This document shows positions 47,484 through 48,456 of a DNA stretch of 48,456 bases, piece by piece. The DNA is taken from positions 1-48,456 of IMG/VR virus record IMGVR_UViG_3300030606_000011, one strand, 5' to 3'. The notes beneath the pieces were generated by a model that saw only the letters and a program-made list of their open reading frames with translations, made no database searches and was not told the DNA's origin. A program made the translations under genes and the position numbers. Position 1 is the stretch's first letter, and every line of letters begins with the position of its first letter. This stretch comes from a virus (lineage: Duplodnaviria; Caudoviricetes).

Positions 47484-47647
47484 ACCCGGGGACACCGACG
47501 CTAACTCATTGCCAGGCAAGGAGTTAGTTGAGGTTCCCTACACCCGGGGACACCCCGGCAGCGCGGCCGGGTCGGCGGATGGGCACCGCGGGGGGTAGGG
47601 TACCCCGGGGACACCCGGGGACACCCGGGGACACCCCAGGGACACCG
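47484..47647. repeat. GGGGACACC iteron-like repeats
   Basis: Dispersed copies near 47487 and 47546, plus four tandem copies at about 47606-47647. Confidence 0.8.
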
Positions 47648-47716
47648 GCGCTAAGTTGTTGCGGGGCATGGAGTTATATCTTCTCCACGACGGTTCCAAA
47701 CATGTGTTATGCGACA

Positions 47717-48084
47717 TTGTGCTTTTTGGAGCATAGCCCCCGGCCGTAGGAGCGGGGACACTCCAACGAGGCTAGCCGGGGGAGTCGCCCCCGTAGGGGG
47801 CGCCCCGGCGCCGCGTGGAGTGCCCCTGCGTCCCCGACCCAAATCCAGCGCTTCGGATCGAATTTGACGCACACCGGAACGCAATCGAAACCCCGGTGCC
47901 GATTTGACGCCGCGCCGCCGGGTGCCGCGCCGCCTGGCCGCCGGGTGCCGCGTAGCTCGGGCGCCGCGTGCCGCGCCGCCTGGCCATGTGCCGCGCCGCC
48001 TGGCTGCTGGCCGGGCGCCGCGCCGCCGCGTGCCGCGCCGCCGCGTGCCGCGTCGGCCGGGGAGCTATGCTCCAGAAAGCACAA
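47717..48084. repeat. About 30-bp inverted repeat pair (47717-47746 and 48054-48084)
   Basis: TTGTGCTTTTTGGAGCATAGCCCCCGGCCG versus CGGCCGGGGAGCTATGCTCCAGAAAGCACAA (1 substitution, 1 indel). Confidence 0.88.
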
Positions 48085-48456
48085 CACCGCGTGCCGCGCC
48101 GCCTGGCGCTCGGGCGCCGCGCCACCCGCGGTGCCGCTCGGGCGCCGCGCCGCCGGAAAAACCGTGGCGCGCCGCGCCGCGTGCCGCTATCCTCACCGAC
48201 ATGCACTCGACGCGCCGCCGCCCCGCCCCGCACCGTGCCGCGCCGTCTGGCGCGCCGCGTGCCGCGCCGCGCCGCTCGGGTGCCGCGCCGTCTGGCGCGC
48301 CGCGTGCCGCGCCGCGCCGCTCGGGCGCCACGTCGCGCGGCGCGTAGGCTCCGCGGCGGCGGCGGCGGCGCCCGCGCGCGCGCGACCCACGGGGCTCTCC
48401 GGCGCCCGCGCGCGACCCGCAGGGCTCCCGGACGCCCGCGCGCGACCCACGGGGCT
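47908..48456. repeat. Extremely GC-rich repeat tract
   Basis: Many GTGCCGCGCCG units, a 45-bp tandem pair (48235-48279, 48280-48324) and three approximately 30-bp CGCGCGCGACCC...GGGCT units at the end. Confidence 0.85.

Noticed and set aside
44351-48456. CRISPR-like arrays in the GC-rich repeat tracts
   Set aside because: Units are short and degenerate, with no constant repeat plus unique 30-40 bp spacer structure

Overview
This window is part of a very GC-rich tailed dsDNA phage genome with a siphovirus-like tail. The host cannot be determined from the sequence. No terminase, portal, capsid, endolysin, integrase, tRNA, rRNA or CRISPR array was recognised. Layout: (1) 1-18.8 kb (+) virion morphogenesis genes: accessory structural genes including a LamG protein with 24-aa repeats, head-closure/neck/terminator, tail tube, frameshifted tail chaperones, tape measure, DUF2460/DUF2163-like tail tip, J-like hub and fibre genes. 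(2) 18.8-20.9 kb (-) small membrane genes, probably lysis-related. (3) 21-33.6 kb replication module: double-HTH regulator, primase-helicase, SNF2 helicase, DUF2800 Cas4-like nuclease, DUF2815 SSB, C5 DNA methyltransferase and family A DNA polymerase. (4) 33.6-47.3 kb small early/accessory genes: TSCPD domain, XRE repressor, RuvC-like resolvase, NUDIX, beta-clamp, octapeptide-repeat protein and a broken acidic Ocr-like gene. (5) a repeat-rich non-coding end. The two most striking features are adjacent dual-coding regions. The polymerase intein has no in-frame endonuclease; instead an HNH endonuclease is a separate gene nested in the +1 frame, with its ribosome-binding site inside intein block B. 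The C5 methyltransferase has its motif IX and putative target-recognition repeats in an almost fully overlapping +1-frame ORF that shares its Shine-Dalgarno. All product calls come from motif recognition and synteny by eye; no database searches were run.
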